DNA of 64,000 nt from Candidatus Poribacteria bacterium (lineage in GTDB: Bacteria > Poribacteria > WGA-4E > GCA-2687025): positions 1 to 64,000 of the forward strand of contig BPJZ01000001.1 in assembly GCA_026004875.1 (NCBI GenBank), read 5' to 3'. This document shows, in pieces, positions 18,587 to 28,866 of this stretch. Position 1 is the first letter of the stretch; every line of letters starts with the position of its first letter. The translations under genes and the position numbers were made by a program. The notes beneath the pieces are model-generated. The model did no database searches and was not told where the DNA came from. It worked only from the letters and a program-made list of their open reading frames with translations.

Positions 18587-19344
18587 GCAGAGCTTGAAGC
18601 AGCAACTACAGCGCTGAGCTCCATCGGAAGGGGAAAGACCAGTTGCGAATGCTGTTCGGCGGCCACCTGCACCAGCGTGTGGAGATATCTTAGCTGGAGA
18701 GAGACGGGGTTTTTGCGCAGGGCCTGGGCCGCCTCCAGGAGCGTCTGAGCGGCGTCCAGCTCCCCCTGAGCGGCGACAATCTTTGCCTGACGCTCCCGAT
18801 CCGCTTCCGCCTCGCGGGCCATCGCCCGACGCATGCTCTCGGGCAGATCCACGTGCTTCACCTCCATCGAGAGCACCTCCACTCCCCAGAGGGCTGCGTG
18901 TTCGGCCACCGCTTGCTGGAGCTGGGCGTTCACCTGTTCCCGTTCGCTCAAAAGCGTGTCCAGCTCAACGGACCCCAGGACGGTCCGCAGCGTAGTCTGA
19001 GCGAGCAGACCTGTGGCGCCAACGTAATCGTCCACGGCGATCACCGCCCGGACCGGGTCGGTCACTCGAAACATCAACACGCCATTGACCTGAACTGAGA
19101 CGGTGTCCGCCGTAATGACGTCCTGAGGAGCGACGTCCACCGTTTGCAGCCGCAGGGAGACTCGGACCATCCGGTCCACGAGGGGGATCAGAAAGATGAT
19201 CCCCGGGCCCTTTGCCCGACGCACCCGCCCCAGTCGAAAGACAACGGCACGTTCGTAGTCTCGGACAATTCGAATAGAAACGGCGCCCAGGAGGATCAGC
19301 CCGATGAGAACCAACACCGCTCCCAGGGTACCGGTTATCGGCAC
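18538..19344 (-). CDS. SPFH/band-7 (stomatin/prohibitin-like) membrane protein.
   Basis: N-terminal TM segment followed by ...RIVRDYERAVVFRLGRV...GPGIIFLIPLVDRMVRVSLRLQTVDV..., a classic stomatin domain, and a coiled-coil C-terminus. Confidence 0.8.
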   Translation of the reverse strand: MPITGTLGAVLVLIGLILLGAVSIRIVRDYERAVVFRLGRVRRAKGPGIIFLIPLVDRMVRVSLRLQTVDVAPQDVITADTVSVQVNGVLMFRVTDPVRAVIAVDDYVGATGLLAQTTLRTVLGSVELDTLLSEREQVNAQLQQAVAEHAALWGVEVLSMEVKHVDLPESMRRAMAREAEADRERQAKIVAAQGELDAAQTLLEAAQALRKNPVSLQLRYLHTLVQVAAEQHSQLVFPLPMELSAVVAASSSAQESSPFGSKPSRQER

Positions 19345-19505
19345 AGCACCATTCTCCTTCCTTTGGAGGAGTTCTCCAAGGCCGTTCCTATCCTAAGTCG
19401 AAAGCGGGGACGACGCAAGCGGAGCGCCAGCGGTCCGCTTGACATCTCCTGCCAGTTTGGGGACTCTGTTAAGGGACCAATTGGAACGCGATCGGGGGAG
19501 GTACT

Positions 19506-21723
19506 GGTGAAGCACCTGGCGGCCTCGCTGGCCGGCCTTTTGTTGACAACAGCCCTCTGGGCAGCTCCGAGGGAGGACTACGCGGAGCTCTGGGGCCATT
19601 TTGTGATTTTCCTTTGGCAGTACCGGACCCCACCCCCGGGCCGGGACGCCCAGGCCGCCTACCAAAAGCTCAACCTTGCGGCCATCAACCTGGACGACGG
19701 CTTTACCAGCCGAGAACTGGACTTTGCCGTCGAGAACGACTACGAGTTCTACGTGTCCCACGCCGCCGGAAAAGGAGTGCTCCACCTCCGGGAGCGGGAC
19801 TGGGAGAGCTTCTTCGAGCAGTACCTCCAAGACCGTCGCCGCCCGATTCGTCCCCACTGCCTCCACGAAGAGCGCAACCGTCAGCGGCTTCTGCGCGACC
19901 TGGAGCTGAACCTTTCGAGGATCACTGAAGGGCTCTGTCTGGCCTACTCCTTTGACGACGAGATCTCGACGACTCGATTCACCAACCCCGCCGACGTGTG
20001 CTGGTCGCGGGAGAGCCTGGCGGCCTTCCGGAGCTGGCTCCAAGAGCGTTACGGCTCCATCGAGGCGTTGAACACCCAGTGGAACACGGCCTTTCGATCC
20101 TTTGAGGAGGTGGAGCCGATGACGGTGGACCAGCTACGCTATCTCCACGAGCGGCCCCTAGCCGAATGGAACCTGGCTCCGTGGGCCGACCATCGGGAGT
20201 TCATGGACGACACCCTTGCGGGACTGCTCGACGAGCTCCGCGCCGCGGCCAATCGACTGGATCCAAGCCGCCCTGCTGGGTTCACCGGCGGGCAGGCCCC
20301 CGCCGCCTACGGCGGTTACGACTACGCCAAGCTCACCCGCGTCGTTCAGTGGATGGAGGCTTACGACATCGGCGGCACCAACGAGTTGCTCCGCTCCTTC
20401 TGGGGCACCGCTCGGCCCTACGTTCAGACCTTCTTTGCCACCGGCAAGCCTCCGGTGGACAAGTGGTTCCTCTGGTACTATCTAGTCCACGGCAACCGAG
20501 GAGTGATCGCCTGGCCGGAGCTGAACGGCCAGCCCTGGTTCGACTGGAGCGAGCCGCTTCCGGAGCTGCTCCCGCTGGCCGGGACCTTTGCCGAAGTCCA
20601 AGGCCTGATCGGCGAGACGCTGATCGGCGCGGAGTTCGAAGACGACGGCATCGGCATCTACTACTCACAGCCCAGCATCCGCGTCTCTTGGTTCATGGAC
20701 ATCCAGCCCCATGGCGACACCTGGCCCCATCGCCTCTCCAGCATGAACAACGCGAACGCCTCCGACATCCTCAATCGGCTGGCTTGGACCAAGTGGATCG
20801 AAGACTGCGGCCTCCAATACCGCTTTATCTCCTACCTAGACGTGCAGGAAGGAAAGGCCGACTTGAGCCGATATCGGACGATCGTCCTTCCGCGCACGTT
20901 TGCCCTCTCGGACGTGGAGGCCGAAGCGCTTCGCGAGTACGTCCGACAGGGAGGAACGCTGATCGCCGATTACGGCCCCGGCATCTTCGACGAGCACGGA
21001 ACGGCCCGGGCGTTTGGGGCGCTGGATATCGTCTTTGGGGTCGGTCGAGACTTGCGCCGAGGCGGTGTCCTGAACGGAACCCAGATCGCCGAGGTCAACG
21101 CGGAGCTCTACCAGCGTCCTCTGCCGGAACGGATGACCTCCTATGAGGGCGCTCGACGCTTTGAAGACTTCGTCCTCTACGAACGGGTGCTCCGGGCGAT
21201 CTCAACGGCCAGCTATCGGGCGCGGGTGGACTCTGCCGACTTCTTAGTTCACCATCGCTACGGCCAGGGACAGACCTACTACCTGAACGCAACGCCCATC
21301 CCGTACCTCTGGCTCCGACGGGAACAAGGAGGGAAGCGCTATCGGGAGATTCTCAGCGATCTTTTGGCCACCGCTGGGATTCAACCGCGCGTTCAGGTCT
21401 ATCGGAACGGCGAAGCCGCCTACACGATCGAGCGGCTCTTCTGGCGCAAAGGGAACGTCTGGTACCTCTGCCTGGTGGAGAATCCGATCCGGGACGCCGC
21501 CATTGACGGTATGGGAGTCGTCGAGGGGCTACCCCTGAACGAGTCGGAGTCGTTGGACATCCGATTTGCTCAAGATATCGCCGATCTGAACAACGAACGG
21601 ACCAACGAGCCGATTGGCGCTGGGCGCCGGTTCACCCTTACCTGGAACCCCCACGAAGCGCTGATCCTCCGGATCGAGTGGGCCGATCAGTCCTTGCGGA
21701 ACGACAGCTCGACGACGCCGTAG
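19506..21723 (+). CDS. Glycoside hydrolase family 42-like (beta-galactosidase-type) protein, secreted.
   Basis: GTG at 19506 after RBS GGGGGAGG. Signal-like LAASLAGLLLTTALWAAP. ...YGSIEALNTQWNTAFRSFEEVEP... resembles the GH42 motif. 739 aa. The upstream extension of ORF 19144 is rejected. Confidence 0.5.
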
Positions 21724-22736
21724 CCGATAGAAAGCAGAATCATCAGTCCGCGAACGACCTCGATCAGCTGATCGGGCACGTAGGTTGGGGCAAAGGACAT
21801 CTCGCGCGACCCGGAGGCCAACGCTCCAAAGAACCAGGCTGACGCGATGACCCCCAGCGGATGGAGCCGCGCAAGCATGGCGACGGCGATCGCCGTGTAG
21901 CCGTATCCCAGATCGGTAGATCCCTGCGTCAGGCCGTACATGCGGCCGGTGAGCTCGACGACGCCGGCGAATCCGGCCAGACCCCCGCTCAAGAGCATCG
22001 TCCGAAAGAGGTTGGCGCTCACCGAGATGCCCGCATATCGGGCCGCCGTCGGGTTGGAGCCGACGGCCCGCATCTCCAGCCCGACCGTAGTCCGGTAGAG
22101 CAGGAGATAGAGCAGCGCCGCCGCGACCGGCGCCAACAGGACACCCCCGTGCAGATCGGTCGTCCGGTCGAGCATCCAGAGCCGCCCACTCGCGGGGAGT
22201 TCGGCCGTTTGCGCCGTTCCAGGAACGATCTCCAAAGGGCCGGTCACGGCGTACTTCACCCACTCAACCGCGATGAAGTTCAAGAGGATAGTGCTCAGCA
22301 CCTCCGGGACGCCCCGCCAGACGCGCAGCGCCGCCGCCACAGCGGCCCACAGCGCGCCGCCCAGCGCCCCGAGAAAAAAGAGCAGCGGGAGAAAGGCCCA
22401 TCGCGGGAGGGAAAGGCTCACGCCGACAGCGGTCGCCCAGAGAGCGCCGACCAAAAACTGTCCCTCGGCCCCAATGTTCAGCGCCCCACAGCGAAAGGCG
22501 ATCGCGACGGCTAACCCCGTCAGGAGCAGCGGGCAGGCAGCGGTCAGCATGCCGCCCCATCCGTAGCGAGTTCCAAAGGTTCCCGCCCAGAAGGCCCGGA
22601 GACAATCGAGCAAATCGTAACCGGTGACAACCAGAAGCCCCAGCGTCAGCAACAGAGCGGCCAGGATCACCCCGACGGTCCGGACCAGAGGGCCCACCCA
22701 CCCCGAGACGGCCTCCGGCAGCCTCACGCCGCTTCG
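21687..22736 (-). CDS. ABC transporter permease (BMP/simple-sugar family).
   Basis: GTG start overlaps the ATPase stop. Polytopic, with the ABC-2 permease pattern (...RAVGSNPTAARYAGISV...). The upstream junk part of ORF 21687..23126 is excluded. Confidence 0.7.
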   Translation of the reverse strand, partial: RSGVRLPEAVSGWVGPLVRTVGVILAALLLTLGLLVVTGYDLLDCLRAFWAGTFGTRYGWGGMLTAACPLLLTGLAVAIAFRCGALNIGAEGQFLVGALWATAVGVSLSLPRWAFLPLLFFLGALGGALWAAVAAALRVWRGVPEVLSTILLNFIAVEWVKYAVTGPLEIVPGTAQTAELPASGRLWMLDRTTDLHGGVLLAPVAAALLYLLLYRTTVGLEMRAVGSNPTAARYAGISVSANLFRTMLLSGGLAGFAGVVELTGRMYGLTQGSTDLGYGYTAIAVAMLARLHPLGVIASAWFFGALASGSREMSFAPTYVPDQLIEVVRGLMILLSIGYGVVELSFRKD

Positions 22737-24235
22737 CCCTCCCCCAGCATCAGCCTTCCGATCTCCACCCGATTGGTCCGCTCCGGCGGGACGAAAAACA
22801 GCCGTCCCCGATGGAGGACCCCGACCCGATCGCTGAGCAACAACACTTCGTCCAGCTCGGTGGAGATCAGAAGGATCGCCGCCCCTCGGGAGCGCGCCTC
22901 CAGCAGTGTCCGATGGACGAATTCGGTGGCCCCCACGTCCAGACCCCGCGTCGGGTTCATGGCAACCAACGCTTGCCCCAGCAGATCCATCTCCCGGGCG
23001 ACGACCACCTTTTGTTGATTCCCCCCGGAGAGCGTCTTTGCTGGCACCCAGAGGCTGGCCGCTCGAATGTCGTACTGCCGCCGCTTCTCCTCGGCGTAGC
23101 GGGCGATCTCCTCGCGCAGCAGCCATCCGCCTCGCGCAAACGGGGCGGAACGGTGCCGTTTGAGGATGAGGTTCTCCGCGACGGGAAGCTCCAGAACCAA
23201 CCCCTTCCGCTGCCGATCATCGGTGATCACTGCAAGGCCCAACGCGGCTCGCTGCCGCGCGGAGGTCGTCCCGATCTCCTCCCCGGCTAGCCGTACCGAC
23301 CCTTCAAAGGGAGATCGGACGCCTGCCAAGGCGTCCAGGAGCTCCGCCTGACCGTTCCCGTCGATGCCGGCAATTCCAAAGATCTCTCCAGCCCGCACCT
23401 TCAAGGAGAGCTCCCGAACGGCCATCGCGCCCCGGTCGTCCCGAACGGAGAGCCGCTTCAACTCCAGAACGACCGGAGCTTGGTCGGAGACCCGGGCACG
23501 AGGAGGAGGCGGCTCCAGCTCCCGGCCGACCATCATTTCACTCAGCCGCTTCTCGGTAACCTCCTGGATCGGTAACGTTCCGACGTTTCGACCGGCGCGA
23601 AGGACCGTCACTCGATCGCACAGCTCCAAGACCTCTTTGAGCTTATGACTGATAAAGATAACGCTTCGGCCCTCGTTGCGGAGGCCGCGGAGGACCGCTC
23701 CCAGCTCCTCCACCTCCTGAGGCGTTAAGACCGCCGTCGGCTCGTCCAGGATCAGAATTCGCGCGTCCCGCGCCAGGCACTTGAGAATTTCGACCCGTTG
23801 CTGGACGCCGACGGAGAGCTCCTCGATCCGCCGTTCCGGGTCCACCTTGAGGCCAAAGCGCTCCACAAGCCGCCGGGTCGCCTCGACGGCGTCCCGCCGT
23901 CGAAAGAGGAACGGATAGCGCTTCCGATCGCCGAGCCAGACGTTTTCGGCCACCGTCAGCGGCGGCACCAGCATAAAGTGCTGGTGGACCATCCCGATCC
24001 GGGCGCGAAGGGCGTCCTGCGGAGAACGGAACCGCACCGGTCGCCCTTCCAAGAAGACCTCTCCCGTGTCCGGTCGGATTAAGCCATAAAGGATGTTCAT
24101 CAAGGTGGTCTTCCCGGCGCCGTTCTCGCCCAGGAGCGCGTGAATCTCCCCCGCTTCTAGCTCCAGCGAGACGCCTTCTAGCGCCTGAACGGAGCCAAAC
24201 CGCTTGGAGATGTCTCGCATCTCAAGCAGCGGCAT
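22724..24235 (-). CDS. ABC transporter ATP-binding protein with duplicated ATPase domains (sugar/nucleoside type).
   Basis: Two Walker A motifs (GENGAGKTT, GIDGNGQ), LSGG signature motifs, 503 aa. Confidence 0.85.
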   Translation of the reverse strand: MPLLEMRDISKRFGSVQALEGVSLELEAGEIHALLGENGAGKTTLMNILYGLIRPDTGEVFLEGRPVRFRSPQDALRARIGMVHQHFMLVPPLTVAENVWLGDRKRYPFLFRRRDAVEATRRLVERFGLKVDPERRIEELSVGVQQRVEILKCLARDARILILDEPTAVLTPQEVEELGAVLRGLRNEGRSVIFISHKLKEVLELCDRVTVLRAGRNVGTLPIQEVTEKRLSEMMVGRELEPPPPRARVSDQAPVVLELKRLSVRDDRGAMAVRELSLKVRAGEIFGIAGIDGNGQAELLDALAGVRSPFEGSVRLAGEEIGTTSARQRAALGLAVITDDRQRKGLVLELPVAENLILKRHRSAPFARGGWLLREEIARYAEEKRRQYDIRAASLWVPAKTLSGGNQQKVVVAREMDLLGQALVAMNPTRGLDVGATEFVHRTLLEARSRGAAILLISTELDEVLLLSDRVGVLHRGRLFFVPPERTNRVEIGRLMLGEGEAA

Positions 24236-24247
24236 TCAGGACGGCTC

Positions 24248-25279
24248 CTACTCTTCCGGCCCCTCGGCGCCGCTCAGGATCGCTTCACGGGCCGACTCGA
24301 CGGCTGCTTGTGCCTCCGGCGGAATCCGGTCCACAAGCTGAGGATTGTAGACCACCTCGACCCATCCATCCTTGAGCGTCAGCCGCTCCAGTCGCCCTTG
24401 GAACTGACCGTCCCGAACACGGCGGGCCATCTCCACAAACGCTTCTGGAATCTTCAGAACGGCACTGGCGATCACAACGCTCGGCTCGATGTGATTTTGA
24501 TCTCGATTGGTGCCAAAAACGTAGACCTGCTTCCCCTGTGCCTGGGCCTCCTTAGCGGCCTGAAAGACCCCTAGACCGGCTTTGTCCGCGTTCTGAACGA
24601 TCAGATCCACACCCTCACGGATTTGGGCCAGAGCCTGCTCGCGCGCCTTGGCGGCGTCCTCCCAGTTGCCCACATAGGCGATGGAGAAGCGAACGTCCGG
24701 GTTTACCGACCGCGCACCCTCCTGGAAGGCGCTGAAGGAGACCACCACCGGTTGAATCTCCTGCCCGCCGATCATCCCCAAGCGGTTGGTCCGGGTGAGC
24801 TTTCCGGCCAAGACGCCGCAGAGGTACAGCCCATCGTCAATCACAAACTGAAGAATGGCGTAGTTGGGGCGGACGTTCTCCGGCAGGCCGCCGGTAGTGA
24901 CAAAGAAGGTCTCCGGAAACTCCTCGGCGACGTCCCGAGCCGCGTTGGTGTACTCAAAGCCGTGGGCAATAATCAACTGATAGCCACGGCGGGCAAAGTC
25001 GCGGAAGTCCTGCTTGAACTGTCCCTCGTTGCGCGACTCCTTATGAGCCACCTCGGCGCCCAGCTCCTCCCGAATCTTCATCAAGCCTTCGTACGCCGAG
25101 GCGTTCCACCCGTCATCGCTGATCGGTCCAGGGGTCATCAGCGCAACGCGAAGCGGCACAGCCTCCGGAGAAGTTCGCTGATCGGCGCTCTCGCGCTCCC
25201 CGCGCCGACATCCGCCCAGAAGGGCCGCTAACGCCCATCCCAAAACGATCGCACCCAGCAGAAAGCGACTCCGGTTCAT
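24248..25279 (-). CDS. BMP-family ABC transporter substrate-binding lipoprotein.
   Basis: Lipobox LLGGC. ...VALMTPGPISDDGWNASAYEGL...IIAHGFEY... is typical of Bmp/PnrA purine-nucleoside binding proteins. Confidence 0.8.
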   Translation of the reverse strand: MNRSRFLLGAIVLGWALAALLGGCRRGERESADQRTSPEAVPLRVALMTPGPISDDGWNASAYEGLMKIREELGAEVAHKESRNEGQFKQDFRDFARRGYQLIIAHGFEYTNAARDVAEEFPETFFVTTGGLPENVRPNYAILQFVIDDGLYLCGVLAGKLTRTNRLGMIGGQEIQPVVVSFSAFQEGARSVNPDVRFSIAYVGNWEDAAKAREQALAQIREGVDLIVQNADKAGLGVFQAAKEAQAQGKQVYVFGTNRDQNHIEPSVVIASAVLKIPEAFVEMARRVRDGQFQGRLERLTLKDGWVEVVYNPQLVDRIPPEAQAAVESAREAILSGAEGPEE

Positions 25280-25380
25280 CCCTCAAACGCCTTTCCAACT
25301 AACAAGGAAACGAACTCTTCTCGCACCGGGCGTGCCCCTTTTGTATCACGTCCTCAAAAGAGCGGACAAACGACCTGTCC

Positions 25381-27111
25381 TCAGGGAAGTAGCAACACCC
25401 GCCGCACCGCTTGGACGCTGGCGTGAGGGGTTCTAGCACCAACGCGGAGGAAGTAGAGTCCACCTGCAGCCCGCTCGTGAAGCTGGTTTCTCCCGTCCCA
25501 ATGGAGACGGTTTGGAAGAGGGAGCGCCGCCCAATCCATCACCCGCACCCGTCGACCCAGAGCGTCGTAGACCTCCACGCGGACGCTGGCGCTTCCCTGA
25601 CCCCAAAGTGGAACCCAAACCTCCGGGTTGGCCGGGTTGGGAAACGGCGCCCCGACTCGGAGAGAGGAGCGCTCCGATTCGGTAACAGCGCTCAAAAGGC
25701 GCTGCACCTCAGCGGGCGTGGCCGCCACCGGTCCGCCCCAGGAGCGTACCAAAAGAACCAGATCGGTGACGTCCACCCGCCCGTCTCCCGACAAGTCGGC
25801 ACGACGGAACAGCTCCGACTCATCCGCTCCCCGACCAATCTGCTGGGCCATCAGCACTAAGTCCCGCACGTCAACGCGTCCGTCGAGGTTCAGGTCCTCC
25901 GGAAGCCCCAGCCGCTGGGGCCGCGACCAAGGGGAGGCCGTGTCGAAGCCCACCGCGCGAACCCGCCACCAGGCCGCCGACTCCCGGCCGTCCAAGAGCT
26001 CCTCGGTGGACGGAAGTTCCGGCTCCGCCGTCGGAAAGGGGATGGGCTCGGGGATGAAAATCCAGTTGGGGGAAACTTGGACCTCGTAATAAAGCCCCTC
26101 CGATGGGTCCCAGGCCGGTTGGAAGAGAGTGCGGCTCGACGGCTGGGGAGTTGGAGCCTCCGGCCGCACTTGCCAGAGCGTCAACCGACCGATGCGCTCT
26201 ACAGTCAACAGGCTGTCGCCCGGAGGAGCGATCAGTATCCGGTCCGCCTGAGGCCCTCTCCAACGCGCTGCAATCCGACCCGACGGGTAGTGGTAGAAGA
26301 CAAGAGCGGCGCCCTCCGGCTCCGCAACGCCAAACAGAACGTGGTTCATTCGCTGTGCGACGAGAACGGAACGGGCCGGGCTGTCCAACTCCAACGGTCG
26401 AGGTTCCCCCTGATGCAACGGCACCCAGTAGGCTACCCCATCCCACCCGACGCTAAAGAACTGTCCGCCGGTCGGAACAAACCCGATCTCTCGCACTCCG
26501 TCGGCGTACAGCGGAAGCTCCTTCCAAAGGCGGTGTTCAAGAAGGTGCCAAACCCGAACGGTGCCGTCGGCGCCGCCGGAGACCAAAAACTCCCCGAGTG
26601 GTTGAAAGGCCAAAGCCACAACTGCCCGGCGGTGTCCGAGAAACTCCTCCCGTAGTCGCCCGCTGGCAGCGTCCCAAAGGCGTACCGCGCCGTCGCTTCC
26701 CCCAGTCGCTAAAAGCGTCCCGTCCGGGCTCAGCCGACAGACCAGCACCGACCCCTGCGCCGCCGGCCATCGGGAGACCTCCTCCCCTTTCATATCCCAG
26801 ACGGTCAGGACTCCGGCGCTGTCGCCGACAAAAACAAACGACTCCGTCTCGTCCATCGTCAGGCTGAGCAATTCCCCCTCGGGAACCTCAAGCCGGAGCA
26901 TCTCTTCGCCGGAAAACCGGTTCCAGACAACAAGCCGCCGCCCTCCAACCGCGGCGATCAACCGCCCTGAATAGGAGACGACCGCGTCGGCGACCGGACC
27001 GTCAAAGACATAAGTGTGCACCGCAACCGGCTCGGCGTAGCCGACTCCGGCCAACCCCAGGAGCAGGTAAGTCCCGAACCCACAGACGACGTTCCACAGA
27101 TGCCGTTGCAT
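25381..27111 (-). CDS. Secreted WD40-repeat protein with a dockerin-like Ca-binding repeat pair and a type-A T9SS C-terminal sorting domain.
   Basis: ATG at 27111 (MQRHLWNVVCGFGTYLLLGLAGVGYA signal). WD40 hallmarks (GHRRAVVALAF...DGTVRVWH). Dockerin repeats DLNLDGRVDVRDLVLMAQ and DLSGDGRVDVTDLVLLVRSW. CTD FPNPANPEV...VRVEVYDALGRRV...GLYFLRVGA...RRVLLLP matches the Por secretion-tail consensus. Confidence 0.75.
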   Translation of the reverse strand: MQRHLWNVVCGFGTYLLLGLAGVGYAEPVAVHTYVFDGPVADAVVSYSGRLIAAVGGRRLVVWNRFSGEEMLRLEVPEGELLSLTMDETESFVFVGDSAGVLTVWDMKGEEVSRWPAAQGSVLVCRLSPDGTLLATGGSDGAVRLWDAASGRLREEFLGHRRAVVALAFQPLGEFLVSGGADGTVRVWHLLEHRLWKELPLYADGVREIGFVPTGGQFFSVGWDGVAYWVPLHQGEPRPLELDSPARSVLVAQRMNHVLFGVAEPEGAALVFYHYPSGRIAARWRGPQADRILIAPPGDSLLTVERIGRLTLWQVRPEAPTPQPSSRTLFQPAWDPSEGLYYEVQVSPNWIFIPEPIPFPTAEPELPSTEELLDGRESAAWWRVRAVGFDTASPWSRPQRLGLPEDLNLDGRVDVRDLVLMAQQIGRGADESELFRRADLSGDGRVDVTDLVLLVRSWGGPVAATPAEVQRLLSAVTESERSSLRVGAPFPNPANPEVWVPLWGQGSASVRVEVYDALGRRVRVMDWAALPLPNRLHWDGRNQLHERAAGGLYFLRVGARTPHASVQAVRRVLLLP

Positions 27112-27206
27112 ACGCGTTGTTGCTGCCCTGATTGGGGTGAATGCACGGCGCTCCTTCTCCAGCATACAGCGGTTCTCTCGGTTCGGCGAGCGGTTGGAGG
27201 CGGACC

Positions 27207-28463
27207 ATGCGGAATACCGGAGCAATAGCGGGAGCGATCTTCCTATTCACCCTTGCGTTGGGGACGATGGCCCAGGCGCCCCATCGGGAGCCGCTGGTCG
27301 GCTCTGAGCTTCCCGCGACGGTCTCAGGGCTGGCGCTTGGCGACGCGACCGTCGGTCGCGCCCGAGGGGTTGAGGCGTTGACAAGCAATCCTGCCGGCCT
27401 TGGCGCCATGCGATTCTCGGAGCTCTCCGGGACCGGGCTTTATCGGAGCGGTCAGAGCACGCTTCACTTCAGAGGGGCGGAGTTTCCCCAGCGTCAGGGC
27501 CTGCTCCGCCTTGGCGGGATCGGCATTGCCCACCAGACCGAGTGGGGTCGCGGGCTGGGCGTGGGGTTCTCCATCCGACAGCGATACGACCTGAACGATC
27601 GGCTTCTGATGGAAGGGATAGAGCTCTCCGGCGACTTCCAAGAGATGCAGATTCGAGAGGAGGAGTCGCACTCCGGGGAGGTCTACGTGACGACCTTAGG
27701 AATCGGCGCGGAGCTGTTCCCCGGCGTGCGCGCGGGAGCGGCCGTTGAGCTCCTGGACGGAACGGTGACGCAGTCTAAGCGATTCGAGGCAACGCCGCCA
27801 GACCATCCACTTCCGACGGTGGTCTTTGACGACGACCTGACCCGCGCGATCGCCGGCTCACGGCTCCGGTTGGGCCTTGAGCTGGGAGTTACGCCCTTTT
27901 GGAACCTAGGGGCAGCGCTGGCGCTCCCCGCAGACTGGGAGATCCGCGAAGAGTGGGTCTTTCGAACTCGGCTGCGCGATGAGAACGGCGAGGACAACCC
28001 CCCTGTGGACGCTGGAGTCCTGGATTACACCTTTCATGTTCCTGCTGAGCTAGGAGCGGGGACCGCCCTTCAGCTGGGCGAGCTGCGCCTCTACGGGGCC
28101 ATCCGTTATACCGACTGGACGCAGGCGGAGTACCGTCCCGTTCCAGCGCGGGACATCTCCCCTCGGCTCTTTGAACGCTCCTATTCGGCGGTCCTGGACG
28201 GCGGCCTCGGGATCGAATGGACCCCCAATCGGGCGATGATCCTCCGCGTCGGGTGGGAACAGCGAGGGAATCCGTTCCGTTGGATTGACGATACCGTCCT
28301 CCAGACCAGTTGGTCGCTGGGGTACTCCCAACGCGTTGGCCGGGCGCTGTGGTTGGATATCGCCTACCGGTACACGAGCACGCCGGAGCTGCTCGTTGAA
28401 GCAGACCTGATCGAACGCCACCGCGCCCACCGGCTGGCTTTTGGCGCGCGGGTGGTCTTTTAG
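27207..28463 (+). CDS. Outer-membrane beta-barrel protein, likely the T9SS-associated PorP/SprF or PorV family.
   Basis: RBS GGAGG; signal MRNTGAIAGAIFLFTLALGTMAQA. Alternating amphipathic beta-strands ending in ...AHRLAFGARVVF with an aromatic C-terminus. Divergent from and adjacent to the T9SS cargo gene. Confidence 0.5.
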   Translation: MRNTGAIAGAIFLFTLALGTMAQAPHREPLVGSELPATVSGLALGDATVGRARGVEALTSNPAGLGAMRFSELSGTGLYRSGQSTLHFRGAEFPQRQGLLRLGGIGIAHQTEWGRGLGVGFSIRQRYDLNDRLLMEGIELSGDFQEMQIREEESHSGEVYVTTLGIGAELFPGVRAGAAVELLDGTVTQSKRFEATPPDHPLPTVVFDDDLTRAIAGSRLRLGLELGVTPFWNLGAALALPADWEIREEWVFRTRLRDENGEDNPPVDAGVLDYTFHVPAELGAGTALQLGELRLYGAIRYTDWTQAEYRPVPARDISPRLFERSYSAVLDGGLGIEWTPNRAMILRVGWEQRGNPFRWIDDTVLQTSWSLGYSQRVGRALWLDIAYRYTSTPELLVEADLIERHRAHRLAFGARVVF

Positions 28464-28861
28464 TCCCACGGCTCTGGCCGGACGTCCGGCTCCACCTGAA
28501 GGGCATCGGCCAGGCGGTTCATCTCGTTGAAGAGCCCGACGACCGCCAGGAGTTCCTCCACCTCTCGGCGCGTGGCGCCCAACCGCTGAAGGGCCGCCGT
28601 GTGGGAGTTGATACAGTAAGAGCACCCATTAGTGATCGAGACGGCTAGAGCGATCATCTCTTTGGTCTTCCGGTCGAGGGATCCGTCGGCCATGATGCGC
28701 TTGACGCGATCCCAGGAGGCTTCTAGCAACTCCGGATAGGCGGCTAGCGCCCGCCAGATCGCCGGAACCCGCTCGATCTTCCGCGTCGCCTTGATGTCGT
28801 CAAAGACGGCTTGAACCCGCTCGGAGATCGCGCCGTCTTCGCCCGATGGAACAGGGGTCAT
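28460..28861 (-). CDS. Carboxymuconolactone decarboxylase / AhpD-like family protein.
   Basis: ...AVSITNGCSYCINSHTAAL... is the CxxxH-type AhpD/CMD motif. Likely start is MTPVPSG at 28861; the Arg-rich upstream extension is rejected. Confidence 0.7.
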   Translation of the reverse strand: MTPVPSGEDGAISERVQAVFDDIKATRKIERVPAIWRALAAYPELLEASWDRVKRIMADGSLDRKTKEMIALAVSITNGCSYCINSHTAALQRLGATRREVEELLAVVGLFNEMNRLADALQVEPDVRPEPWD

Positions 28862-28866
28862 GGGGA

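Noticed and set aside
20166-21146. 326-aa plus-strand ORF inside the GH42-like gene, and similar long Arg/Pro-rich ORFs (e.g. 47271..47906, 47919..48707, 35623..36681, 22811..23290, 9131..9727).
   Set aside because: All lie in alternative frames or antisense to well-supported genes and have Arg/Pro/Gly-biased composition with no motifs. They are high-GC frame artefacts.
21529-22263. Second ABC permease gene downstream of 21687..22736.
   Set aside because: ORF 21529..22263 is an off-frame overlap with junk composition, and no second polytopic frame is present. The system appears to have one permease.
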